From NCBI GenBank assembly GCA_026395055.1, contig JAPLZK010000001.1, forward strand, positions 81,527 to 145,526: a stretch of DNA of 64,000 nucleotides, given 5' to 3'. The position numbers were made by a program, and so were the translations under genes. Under the pieces are notes generated by a model, which saw only the letters and a list, made by a program, of their open reading frames with translations, did no database searches and was not told the origin of the DNA. The DNA is from Candidatus Uhrbacteria bacterium. GTDB lineage: Bacteria > Patescibacteriota > Patescibacteriia > UBA9934 > GWF2-40-263. Shown piece after piece: positions 48,618 to 56,682 of this stretch (its first letter is position 1; each line of letters begins with the position of its first letter).

Positions 48618-48887
48618 ATGCGCCGATGGATCTTTGTCGCGATGATCGCTTTGTGTGCTATTGCATGTGAAAAGAAAGTTGAAGGAAAAGAAGAAGACAA
48701 TGTCTCGGGAAATGTCTATCACGTCACATGTTTCTCGGCCGGTCAGGTTGTCTATGAAGGTGATTGGAAATACTCCACTGGCGATGGTTGGGATTACATT
48801 GATGTGAAAACAAAACTGAAATTTCGTTTAAGAGATCACAACGACTGCTACTGGACCAACGCCCCTTTTTACAAAGTAAATCGCTAG
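48618..48887 (+). CDS. small lipoprotein (tandem paralog 2)
   Basis: GGAGGAA lies before the ATG. Lipobox MRRWIFVAMIALCAIAC. The core TCFSAGQVVYEG...HNDCYWTNA is similar to that of the upstream gene. Confidence 0.5.
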   Translation: MRRWIFVAMIALCAIACEKKVEGKEEDNVSGNVYHVTCFSAGQVVYEGDWKYSTGDGWDYIDVKTKLKFRLRDHNDCYWTNAPFYKVNR

Positions 48888-48892
48888 CGCTT

Positions 48893-48916
48893 ATCACCCA
48901 CTCGGGTGATTTTTTG
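48893..48916 (+). terminator. rho-independent terminator (ATCACCC-actc-GGGTGAT + T6)
   Basis: Nearly the same hairpin as at 31667. Confidence 0.65.
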
Positions 48917-48963
48917 TACTTGTTCCCTCCTTCATGAAGGAGGGGTTAGGGGTGGTTGTTTAG

Positions 48964-48994
48964 AAAAAAAATCGATCTATTTTTTAGATCGATC
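48964..48994 (-). terminator. rho-independent terminator of MazG-like gene 1 (ATCGATCTA-N6-TAGATCGAT)
   Basis: A 9-bp stem followed by a U-run on the minus strand. The same stem sequence follows MazG-like gene 2 at 51907. Confidence 0.55.
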
Positions 48995-49351
48995 AGGTGG
49001 AGGTGTTCGCGTTGCCCATGCGTCGAGGAATTCTTTGATGTCTGCTTCTGTCATGTCGCACGCGGCCGCAAGGCGCATGACGTCGAGGAGAAGTTTTCCA
49101 ACGCGTTGTTGCATGACATCCGTGTTGATGACGGAACCGTGATCAATCATTTCAAGTTGCGAAGCGATGCGGCCGGTAGATGTGATGACATGAAACAGAG
49201 TATGCGCACGCTCAAGACGTTTTTTCCCCGTATCGTCGAGCACTTGCATTTCGGGATATTCTTTTTCCGTGCAGGGATATCGTTCCGTAACGAGTCGGAG
49301 AAGAGCTTCAATGTGCATGGTAAACCTCGAAGTGTGGGAAGAGATTAGCAT
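48977..49351 (-). CDS. MazG-like all-alpha nucleotide pyrophosphohydrolase domain protein (paralog 1)
   Basis: 124 aa with the pattern E...E.....LLDVMRLAAACDMTEADI, consistent with the MazG/HisE fold. It is about 45% identical to the 51928 paralog. Confidence 0.5.
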   Translation of the reverse strand: MLISSHTSRFTMHIEALLRLVTERYPCTEKEYPEMQVLDDTGKKRLERAHTLFHVITSTGRIASQLEMIDHGSVINTDVMQQRVGKLLLDVMRLAAACDMTEADIKEFLDAWATRTPPPDRSKK

Positions 49352-49422
49352 GAGATTTTGTGTTTTACAATGAGATAAAAAGAAAAACCCCGCATGCGTG
49401 TGTATGCGGGGGAAGAAAGGTT

Positions 49423-49839
49423 TTACGCATCAGAATTGGATCCGCAGTCCTCCATCCTATTCATATTTTGCCGAATGGATGGTTCGTATCCATGAAATTC
49501 TCTTCGCACGGGATCCCAAGTCAGACTCAACCCGGTGGGCGGAAGTTTTCTCTCATGCTCCGAACCTTTATAGATTGCTCGTGTCTCTTTTTCTGTCAGG
49601 TGTCTCCAGACGAAATTATCCTCTGGCCCATTGAGTCCCGTGGCACGGATAGAGGAGCCGTCTTTCATGACAAACGTATAGCAGAACTGCACACCGAACT
49701 GCACGATGCTTTCGGCACGAAAATCAGTGATGATGACGTAGCCCGGCCATTCTTTGAATATGGTCAGTCGTCCGTTAAAGTCACATCCAACTTTATGGTG
49801 AATGAACATCGAAAGCCTTTCCGTCGCTTTGTGCCACAT
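49423..49839 (-). CDS. hypothetical protein, array member A (138 aa)
   Basis: AAAGGAG lies 5 nt before the ATG. It is distantly similar to member B: GYVIITDFRAESIVQF versus DYRIVAHMGPEFALIQH, and FCYTFVMKDGSSI versus RWFTVHDDTYPEI. Confidence 0.45.
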   Translation of the reverse strand: MWHKATERLSMFIHHKVGCDFNGRLTIFKEWPGYVIITDFRAESIVQFGVQFCYTFVMKDGSSIRATGLNGPEDNFVWRHLTEKETRAIYKGSEHERKLPPTGLSLTWDPVRREFHGYEPSIRQNMNRMEDCGSNSDA

Positions 49840-49865
49840 GAGATCTCCTTTGAATTCGAATGCGT

Positions 49866-49936
49866 ATTTCCCGTTCTCGTCCGACCATCACTTGATCGTC
49901 CGAGGTTGGGGCCCGTCGAGAGTGAATCGACGGGCA
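49866..49936 (-). repeat. conserved ~72-nt intercistronic element, copy 1
   Basis: Contains a perfect 8-bp hairpin CCCGTCGA-gagtgaa-TCGACGGG, with conserved flanks ggttggggc and atttcccgttctcg. It is about 80% identical to copy 2. Confidence 0.7.
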
Positions 49937-49958
49937 GGTTGAAGAGAGGAATAAGGAA

Positions 49959-50408
49959 CTACTTCCGTCGCCCACGCCTTGGCGCAATCGCGCGTTCACG
50001 ATCAGATCCCCACTCGTTGCGGGTGACTTCGGGGACTTGGGTCGGTTCCGGTTCCACCTGAACGTCCACAAGTGTCTGCAGAAGTTCGTCGAATTTATGC
50101 AGCTCATTCTCGGTTGCTTCGAGATTGTTCTGCGCGCGCTCGACCTTTGCCTTGTAGTAGGCAATGCTGACGATGCTGCCCTCGCGCGCTTGGTTGAGGA
50201 TTAACTTGGCCTCTCCTGCCGTGACCTCCGGAATTTCCGGATAGGTATCATCGTGCACGGTGAACCAGCGACCGTCGATATGCTGAATGAGGGCGAACTC
50301 TGGCCCCATGTGCGCCACGATCCGATAGTCGGGATCATTGAGCGGATCCCCTTTCTTGATTTCCTGTTTGTGGGCGGACGTATGAAAATCATGCCAATAC
50401 TTCTGCAT
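49959..50408 (-). CDS. hypothetical protein, array member B (149 aa)
   Basis: GAAGGAG lies 5 nt before the ATG at 50408. The longer ORF to 50573 would read through the repeat and is rejected. Confidence 0.45.
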   Translation of the reverse strand: MQKYWHDFHTSAHKQEIKKGDPLNDPDYRIVAHMGPEFALIQHIDGRWFTVHDDTYPEIPEVTAGEAKLILNQAREGSIVSIAYYKAKVERAQNNLEATENELHKFDELLQTLVDVQVEPEPTQVPEVTRNEWGSDRERAIAPRRGRRK

Positions 50409-50435
50409 GGGAACTCCTTCTCGATCTTGGGAATC

Positions 50436-50508
50436 ATTTCCCGTTCTCGAACGACCAGTCAATCTGATCATCCAAGGTTGGGGCCCGTCGAATGTGAATC
50501 GACGGGCG
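50436..50508 (-). repeat. conserved ~72-nt intercistronic element, copy 2
   Basis: CCCGTCGA-atgtgaa-TCGACGGG hairpin with the same flanks as copy 1. Confidence 0.7.
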
Positions 50509-50520
50509 AGTTTGTGTGGG

Positions 50521-50850
50521 CTAAAGACCGACGTTGACAGCGAAGAGTCGTTCGAGTCGAACGCATATGCCAAGAGCTTTTACTTTGTATTCCGGGTGCT
50601 CCTCCTTGAGCAAGTCACAAATTTCTTTGAAGTTGTGATTGGTCCACACAGAAATCTCTTTTTCTGCGTGCCTAATAATGAGTGTCCCCTCACACAGGCC
50701 TCTACCGGTCATTCCTGGACTATTCAACACTCCCATGAACATCAACCAGACATTCATTCGAGCATTTCCGGCGCGCAGAAGGAGTCCTTTGTTGGTTTCG
50801 ATGAGAATGAACTCTTGATGCACACTGTCAGCGATCAAAACCTTTTTCAT
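50521..50850 (-). CDS. hypothetical protein, array member C (109 aa)
   Basis: First ORF of the minus-strand array. The upstream region has repeated gcgaaaa(aa)ccggtt motifs. Confidence 0.4.
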   Translation of the reverse strand: MKKVLIADSVHQEFILIETNKGLLLRAGNARMNVWLMFMGVLNSPGMTGRGLCEGTLIIRHAEKEISVWTNHNFKEICDLLKEEHPEYKVKALGICVRLERLFAVNVGL

Positions 50851-51105
50851 GATGAGCTCCTATTTCTGTGAAAGGTGCGAAAAAACCGGTTCTCGGATAG
50901 ATCTAATGAGAGTTCTATGCGAAAACCGGTTTTACAATCTTTTGGGCGCGGATTGTTCGCGTTCTCTCCTTTCCCGATAGTTGAGATGAGCTCGTTTGTT
51001 GATTCCCCGTTCTGATCTTGATGAACCAAGTTTATCAGTTTTTTGCAAAATTGTCAATTTATAATGTACAGAATGAGCAATATTTTTGAGTAATTAACAT
51101 ATAAA

Positions 51106-51134
51106 ATTGACAACTTAGCATAAAAATAGCATAA
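51106..51134 (+). promoter_or_regulatory. sigma70-like promoter (TTGACA-17-CATAAT)
   Basis: ttgacaacttagcataaaaatagcataat sits upstream of TrmB paralog 3. Confidence 0.4.
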
Positions 51135-51160
51135 TAATGTTGTACATAATTACACAACAT

Positions 51161-51904
51161 ATGTTGATCGATGAGCTTAAATCTCTTGGATTGTCGGATC
51201 AGGAGGCTTCTGTGTATCTTGCTTGTGCCGAGATGGGGTCTTCCACCGTTCTTGAAATTGCTAAGAAAACGAAAACGCACAGAACAACTGTGTATCACAC
51301 AGTTCAAGGTTTACTCGAGAAAAAGCTGTTCTCGGAATCTGTTCGTGGGAAACGCCGTGTGTTTGTTCCGGAAGGTGCGGATGCGTTTAAGAAGATGCTA
51401 CAAAGCAAGCTTGCACGTGTGGACGGGATCGCAGGTGAGCTCTTGGCTTTGACGAAAGAAAGCACGATGAAACCCATCGTAAAATTTCATGTTGGGGTTG
51501 AAAGTATTAAAGATACGATCCGTACATCGGTGTTGGATGTAAAAGAAAAATTCCAATATGGAATTTTTACTGTGGAAGAAATGATGAGCTCACATGGATT
51601 GAAAGAATTTTTCTTGGGAGAATATAGTGCACTTCGTGAAAAGAATGGATTGTTTGCAAAAATTATTGTCGCGGATACGGAAGATGGAAAAGCGTACAAG
51701 AGTTTGGATAAAGAAAAATTTCGCGAAACAAAACTCCTTCCCGCATCCAGCTACCATTTCCCCACAGAGGTGATGATCTCCGGAGATGTTGTGTTGTTAT
51801 TTGTGATTTCAGAAAAAGAACAATTTATTATTTCCGTCGAGAGTGCTGCGATCGCGATGACGTTTAAGATGATTTTTAATGCGGTGTGGACATTGGGGTA
51901 TTAA
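51161..51904 (+). CDS. TrmB-family transcriptional regulator (paralog 3 of 3)
   Basis: wHTH LGLSDQEASVYLACAEMGSSTVLEIAKKTKTHRTTVYHTVQGLLEKKL. The start was moved to MLIDELKS. Confidence 0.7.
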   Translation: MLIDELKSLGLSDQEASVYLACAEMGSSTVLEIAKKTKTHRTTVYHTVQGLLEKKLFSESVRGKRRVFVPEGADAFKKMLQSKLARVDGIAGELLALTKESTMKPIVKFHVGVESIKDTIRTSVLDVKEKFQYGIFTVEEMMSSHGLKEFFLGEYSALREKNGLFAKIIVADTEDGKAYKSLDKEKFRETKLLPASSYHFPTEVMISGDVVLLFVISEKEQFIISVESAAIAMTFKMIFNAVWTLGY

Positions 51905-51936
51905 AAAATCGATCTAGAACAGATCGATTACGTTTT
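51903..51936. terminator. bidirectional terminator (AATCGATCT-agaac-AGATCGATT)
   Basis: The same stem sequence as the terminator of MazG-like gene 1. Confidence 0.55.
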
Positions 51937-52302
51937 ATCAGATTGTTCCTGTGCGCGACGTGTGCTCCATTCGGTGAAGAAATTTTCTAGTTCTCCTGGA
52001 GTGATATCGCACGCTGTTGCAATACGCGCCAAGTTCATGAACATGGTTCCAATCGCTTTGCGCAATGCTTCGTGGTCGAGCGGTGCGCCGTGGTCATGTG
52101 ATTCGAGTGCGTCTGACAATCGCCCGATCGCTTTTAGATGATGCAAAAGCGTATGGTGGCGTTCAAGTCGTTTGCGTTCTGCCTTCGATTTACCTTTCAT
52201 GGGCGAATATTCAATTTCCGTGCATGGCCAAAGATTTTGAACGAGTTTCATGAGAGATGCAATGAGCATGGATTCCTCCGTAATGTGTGAAGAGATTAGC
52301 AT
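51928..52302 (-). CDS. MazG-like nucleotide pyrophosphohydrolase domain protein (paralog 2)
   Basis: 124 aa, starting MLISSH like paralog 1. Carries KRLERHHTLLHHL...MFMNLARIATACDITPGELE. Confidence 0.5.
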   Translation of the reverse strand: MLISSHITEESMLIASLMKLVQNLWPCTEIEYSPMKGKSKAERKRLERHHTLLHHLKAIGRLSDALESHDHGAPLDHEALRKAIGTMFMNLARIATACDITPGELENFFTEWSTRRAQEQSDKT

Positions 52303-52362
52303 GTGGGTTATTGATTGGCAATCGTTTAGAAAAATCGACCCATCTCTGGATCGATTAGGTGA

Positions 52363-52899
52363 TTATGGACAAGCTCCCCAAAGGCCGAGCTTGTTTTTCT
52401 TTGCGACTTTTTGGTCTGCGCGAAATTCTGTCTGGTACGCATATGGATGTTTGTATGTGTATTCATGTGCATATCCGTCACGCACCAGAGATTCGTTCAC
52501 GTTCTCGTTTCCAAGAAAAACAAAGCGCAATTCACGATGATATTTATCTTCGTTGTCTTGCGATGGATCTGCTTCTAGACGCACGATTTTATCCGTTAGT
52601 AATTCCTTTGTGCGCTTTGAAGCTTCCGGTCCGAAACACTCGACAGGCGAATTTGGTTTCACGGTTTCTGGGGTGTTGATTCCAATCAAGCGAATGGTGT
52701 GAGGTGCGTGATCAATGGCAACAACAATGGTATCACCATCTACTACACGAATCACACGAAAATCATCCGTGGTTTTTGCGACGAGTTTATCTGCGGGATG
52801 ATGCACGTTTTTATTTGCGTGTGGATACACCAACCATCCGCCGTAAACGACTGCGGCAAGAATGAAAAGAGCGATGACAGCTTTGAGTTTTCTGATCAT
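52363..52899 (-). CDS. membrane-anchored thermonuclease (staphylococcal-nuclease fold)
   Basis: N-terminal TM helix plus an SNase core: VIRVVDGDTIVV, RLIGINTPE and YHRELRFVF. Confidence 0.8.
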   Translation of the reverse strand: MIRKLKAVIALFILAAVVYGGWLVYPHANKNVHHPADKLVAKTTDDFRVIRVVDGDTIVVAIDHAPHTIRLIGINTPETVKPNSPVECFGPEASKRTKELLTDKIVRLEADPSQDNEDKYHRELRFVFLGNENVNESLVRDGYAHEYTYKHPYAYQTEFRADQKVAKKNKLGLWGACP

Positions 52900-53000
52900 A
52901 AATTCCTCCGATAAGAAAACTCCCACTCAAGATGAGTTAGGAGTTCTTCTAAAAATAGATTCTCACAAAATTTTGTGTTTGTCAACGGTGTGGTGTGGGT

Positions 53001-53045
53001 AAAATAAAATCCGTCTCGCAGTTGCGGGACGGATTTTATTTTATT
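53001..53045. terminator. bidirectional terminator after rpsT
   Basis: atccgtctcgc-agtt-gcgggacggat flanked by A/T runs. Confidence 0.55.
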
Positions 53046-53310
53046 TTGCTTTGAGTGCGTTCACCTTTTTGGCGAGACGAGACTTCAAGCGTGCGGCGGT
53101 ATTTTTTTTGATGATATTTTTTCCGACCGCTTTATCAAACTTCTTGCTCACGAGCTTTGCAACTTCTGTTGCTTCTGCAACGAGTTTTGCATCAATCATT
53201 TTGCGAAGCTTTACTCGAAGAGATTTGATTTCTGCGTTGACCACTTTTACGTGTTGCGTGCGCTTTTCTGATTTACGGACGGCCTTCTTGGCGTTTTCTT
53301 TGTTTGGCAT
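53041..53310 (-). CDS. rpsT: 30S ribosomal protein S20
   Basis: An 89-aa basic helical protein: MPNKENAKKAVRKSEKRTQHVKVVNAEIKS... Confidence 0.9.
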   Translation of the reverse strand: MPNKENAKKAVRKSEKRTQHVKVVNAEIKSLRVKLRKMIDAKLVAEATEVAKLVSKKFDKAVGKNIIKKNTAARLKSRLAKKVNALKAK

Positions 53311-53418
53311 AGTGTAATAAATAATTTTTTGGGCAAGATGGAAAGGTTATATCCTCCTTTGCATCTATCACATTCCGTGAGAGCGATACGGATTGGTCGA
53401 AGTTTATGGGAAAAGTCC

Positions 53419-54531
53419 CTATTCGTCAAGCATTTGGCTCCCCTGCTCGATTTCGATTGGTTCAAGGAGTTTTCCAGCTGTGCCCTGGGTAATGCGGAAC
53501 ACGTCTTTATCCACTTTCTTTAGTTCGCCTGACGATGCGTTAAAGGCTCTTACAGTCGTTTCGAGGTTCTTTCCAAGCTTATTGTGATAATCCTCGTACG
53601 CCTTCATGTGCTTCACAAGCGCTTCGGCTTGCAGTTGGATATCTTTCACAGAATCCTCGATTTGGAGCGCTTTTAATCCAAGAATAACGGTTTGAAGGTA
53701 AGCAAAGAAAGAAGTTGGGGCGACGATCATGACGCCTTTTTCGAAGGCGTATTCGATGAGATTTCGTGTATTCACCTTTACGGCACCCACGCTTGAGTTG
53801 ATCAGGTTGTGATAAACACCTTCTGCAGGAATAAACATGAATGCGAAATTTGTTGTTCCTTTATCGGGTCGAATATATTTGGAGGTTTCATCAATGCGCT
53901 TCTTTACATCGGATTTAAAATCTTTTTCTAATTGATCTCGCAGGGCTGCATCCTGTTCATTTGAAATTTTGTTGTAATTTTCAAGAGAAAATTTGGAATC
54001 AATCGGAATGAGCATGTCCTTTACATGGATCACTGCATCCGGGATAAGTTTTTGTCCGGTCGTTTCATCGATCCCAAGATCAAATTGCATTTCATATTGT
54101 CCTGGCGCAAGAACTTGTCCGAGTAATGACTCGAGCCAATATTCCCCAAGGATTCCACGGTGTTTTGGGTTTTTTAAAATATTTTCAAGACTCTGAAGTT
54201 GTGTTGAAAATCCAAGCACCTGCTTATTTGTCTCGTCGAGTTTTGTAAGTTTTTCTGTAACATCACGAATGATTCCGGAAGTATTTTGAAAATTTTTTTG
54301 TAGGGTTGAGGAGGATTCTGTGAGATTTTTCATCATGCGATCAGACATGAGGTCGAGTCGATCTGCAACTTCACGACGTTGATTGTTGGTCGTTTCTTGA
54401 AGTTCCTTACGAAGTTCTGAAAGAGTTTGTTGGAAAGAGGATTGATCAAATGATCCCGTTGGTTTTTTTGTGTAAAGGATGAAAGCAATCGCAAGAAGCA
54501 AGATAAGGATAATAATTTCTACGGGGGTCAT
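53419..54531 (-). CDS. rmuC: DNA recombination protein RmuC
   Basis: N-terminal TM segment, long coiled coil and C-terminal RmuC nuclease-like region (GEYWLESLL...DAVIHV). The start was taken at the internal Met (54531). Confidence 0.8.
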   Translation of the reverse strand: MTPVEIIILILLLAIAFILYTKKPTGSFDQSSFQQTLSELRKELQETTNNQRREVADRLDLMSDRMMKNLTESSSTLQKNFQNTSGIIRDVTEKLTKLDETNKQVLGFSTQLQSLENILKNPKHRGILGEYWLESLLGQVLAPGQYEMQFDLGIDETTGQKLIPDAVIHVKDMLIPIDSKFSLENYNKISNEQDAALRDQLEKDFKSDVKKRIDETSKYIRPDKGTTNFAFMFIPAEGVYHNLINSSVGAVKVNTRNLIEYAFEKGVMIVAPTSFFAYLQTVILGLKALQIEDSVKDIQLQAEALVKHMKAYEDYHNKLGKNLETTVRAFNASSGELKKVDKDVFRITQGTAGKLLEPIEIEQGSQMLDE

Positions 54532-54651
54532 ATGCTTTACGATGAATGTTAAAGAAACGTATAATGTTCGCGGTTCATTATAGCATGTGCAGAATAAAAG
54601 CCTATGCATTTTACGACGCTTATGTATTGAATCGCAAAATCTTTGCGTTTT

Positions 54652-54727
54652 GTCCTCGTAGCATAATTGGATAGTGCTGTAGCGTCCTAAGCTATAGATG
54701 GGGGTTCGATTCCCTCCGGGGACACCA
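54652..54727 (+). tRNA. tRNA-Arg (anticodon CCT)
   Basis: Manual fold: acceptor GTCCTCG/CGGGGAC, D-arm GCAT...GTGC, anticodon arm GTAGC-GTCCTAA-GCTAT, T-arm GGGGG-TTCGATT-CCCTC, with CCA encoded. Confidence 0.85.
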
Positions 54728-54780
54728 ATTCATTTTATCGTGAGCTGGATGCTCCAAGGTTTTTTCACGTGAAACATTTT

Positions 54781-55425
54781 ATGAAATTACCACCAGACAC
54801 AAAAGTAGTTTTATTCGATATGGATGGAGTAATTTTTAATACAGAAGATTTGGCTCACAATGTATTTGCAGAATTAGCACAAAATTTTGGAAAAATATTT
54901 GAAGAAGCAGACCATAAAACTATTTTAGGGACATCTCAAGACAACTGGAGCCAGTATTTTGTTACTAAGTGGGATTTAAACACGTCTTTTAATGAATTTG
55001 CCTCACTGTTTTGGCAAACATTAAAAAAAGAAACGCTTATTCATTCAAAACTTCTTCCTGGGTTTCAAGAGTGTATTCATAAGGTGCGAAAAAATGGTTT
55101 GCGTACAGCTCTTGTAACAAGCACGCCTATAACGAGCGTAGATCCTTTGTTGGAAAAATTCGAATTGCGAGAATTGTTTGATGTGGTTGTTACTGGTGAT
55201 GAAATTATTCATGGGAAACCAGATCCAGAGCCGTATTTATTAGCCATGAAGAGATTGAATCTTAAATCGAATGAATGTGTTGTGATAGAAGATGCTCTTG
55301 GCGGAGTAAAATCAGCTAAGTCTGCGGGGTGTTACGTGATTGCGGTTCCAACGACACATGCGTTAGGTCTTGATTATTCAGAAGCGGATTGCATTTTGAG
55401 AACTCTTAAGGAAATTGATGTCTGA
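54781..55425 (+). CDS. HAD-superfamily hydrolase (subfamily IA, beta-phosphoglucomutase-like)
   Basis: Motif I VVLFDMDGVIF, motif II VTSTP and motif III/IV HGKPDPEPY...EDALGG. Confidence 0.8.
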   Translation: MKLPPDTKVVLFDMDGVIFNTEDLAHNVFAELAQNFGKIFEEADHKTILGTSQDNWSQYFVTKWDLNTSFNEFASLFWQTLKKETLIHSKLLPGFQECIHKVRKNGLRTALVTSTPITSVDPLLEKFELRELFDVVVTGDEIIHGKPDPEPYLLAMKRLNLKSNECVVIEDALGGVKSAKSAGCYVIAVPTTHALGLDYSEADCILRTLKEIDV

Positions 55426-55719
55426 GGTTTCTCGACAAGTTCATAAGGAGGATATTTGTGGTCATATCGGTTGTGGTAAAAAGGGGATTAGAAGGAAACA
55501 AAAAAGCACTTGTTCAAATCAAGCGCTTTTTTGTTTCACATGAAACTTTACCGATCATTATTCACTTAATAAGTATGGTTTGTCCACAATAGCATAGACA
55601 AAAATGACAAATTGTGGATAACTCTGAAAAAAGCCAATAAAACTGCAATTTTGAAAAATATTTTGTGTAAAAAAATAAGCAAGATCTATTTTTTTATCTA
55701 AATTTAGTACAAATATAGC

Positions 55720-55748
55720 TTGACTACATTTGTTATTCATGATACAAT
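55720..55748 (+). promoter_or_regulatory. near-consensus sigma70 promoter (TTGACT-17-TACAAT)
   Basis: ttgactacatttgttattcatgatacaat is preceded by an AT-rich UP-like region. It implies a start at 55770 rather than 55752. Confidence 0.55.
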
Positions 55749-55769
55749 GATATGCGTAAAGGTAATGAT

Positions 55770-56681
55770 ATGAGCAAGCTAGTTGCCGCCTTTGTTCTTG
55801 TGGGGTTTTTTCTATACACCAACCCTGTAATGGCAGAGATGACATCCACAAACTATCAAATCCGATGGGACTCCTTAACAGAGGGGGGTTCTGATACGTC
55901 TGTATCAGAAAACTATGGAATTCATGATTCGGTTGGTGGGGCCGCTCAAGGAAACTCGACGAGTGCCAACTATCAAACAGATAGTGGATACCGTCTTGGC
56001 GCCTTTGACCAGGTCATTACATTTGATCCCCTTCTCGAAGACTCATCCGCCGGCGTTTCTGTGACCTCACGTAGTGGTACGACCGTCTTTACCGCACAAA
56101 CAGCCGGGCTATCTACAGGTGAAGCTGTTGTCTTGGTTCAAGATCACGGTGTGGCACAGATTTCTGCAATAGGAAAAATTACAAGTATCTCTTCTGGAGT
56201 CTCTATCGTAGTAGATTCATGGTCTGATAATGGAACAACTCCCACGATCGACGGAATAAATGACTTCCTTTATCCAATGAACAGTTCATCTATTACGCTC
56301 GGAGAATTGAGTAAAACATCGGTCGTAACAGCTGTTATTGGTTATGAGGTGACTGCAGATCTAGATAATGGTTACTCAGTTCAGGTGATGGCAGATGGTG
56401 GATTAACAACTGGGTCACATACAATTACAGATGTTTCAGACGGGTCTGTTACTGCAACCTCTGAAGAATATGGAGGAAGATCATCTGATACAAGTATTGC
56501 GACTTCAACGTTTGATACACAAGACACGGCATTTTCAACATCGTTTCAAGATATAACAACAGAATCAACCGCAAAATATAAAGATAGGCACTTCCTTACG
56601 CTCAAAGCAGCTGCGTCTGACACAACTCCAAGTGGAAATTATTCACAGGCACTTACAATCGTTGCGTCAGGTAACTTCTAA
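55770..56681 (+). CDS. secreted Ser/Thr-rich hypothetical protein
   Basis: Signal peptide MSKLVAAFVLVGFFLYTNPVMA. First of four consecutive surface-protein genes. Confidence 0.5.
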   Translation: MSKLVAAFVLVGFFLYTNPVMAEMTSTNYQIRWDSLTEGGSDTSVSENYGIHDSVGGAAQGNSTSANYQTDSGYRLGAFDQVITFDPLLEDSSAGVSVTSRSGTTVFTAQTAGLSTGEAVVLVQDHGVAQISAIGKITSISSGVSIVVDSWSDNGTTPTIDGINDFLYPMNSSSITLGELSKTSVVTAVIGYEVTADLDNGYSVQVMADGGLTTGSHTITDVSDGSVTATSEEYGGRSSDTSIATSTFDTQDTAFSTSFQDITTESTAKYKDRHFLTLKAAASDTTPSGNYSQALTIVASGNF

Positions 56682-56682
56682 T

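Noticed and set aside
49866-50508. Integron attC sites / cassette array (CALIN) as an explanation for the conserved inter-ORF elements
   Set aside because: The elements lack clear R''/L''-L'/R' structure. The candidate core GTTGGGG on the plus strand and inverse core CCCCAAC do not fit GTTRRRY/RYYYAAC. No intI is nearby, and each downstream ORF has its own SD immediately after the element. I keep it as a remote possibility, not a call.
49360-50573. Plus-strand ORFs 49360..50061 and 50253..50537, and the long minus-strand ORF 49959..50573
   Set aside because: They read straight through the conserved hairpin elements, which produces spurious shared peptides such as PRLGPVESESTG. Shorter genes with proper SDs fit better.
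55558-55851. 97-aa minus-strand ORF upstream of the surface-protein operon
   Set aside because: It lies in an AT-rich promoter region and overlaps the strong plus-strand promoter and the start of the 55770 gene. Its composition is not coding-like.
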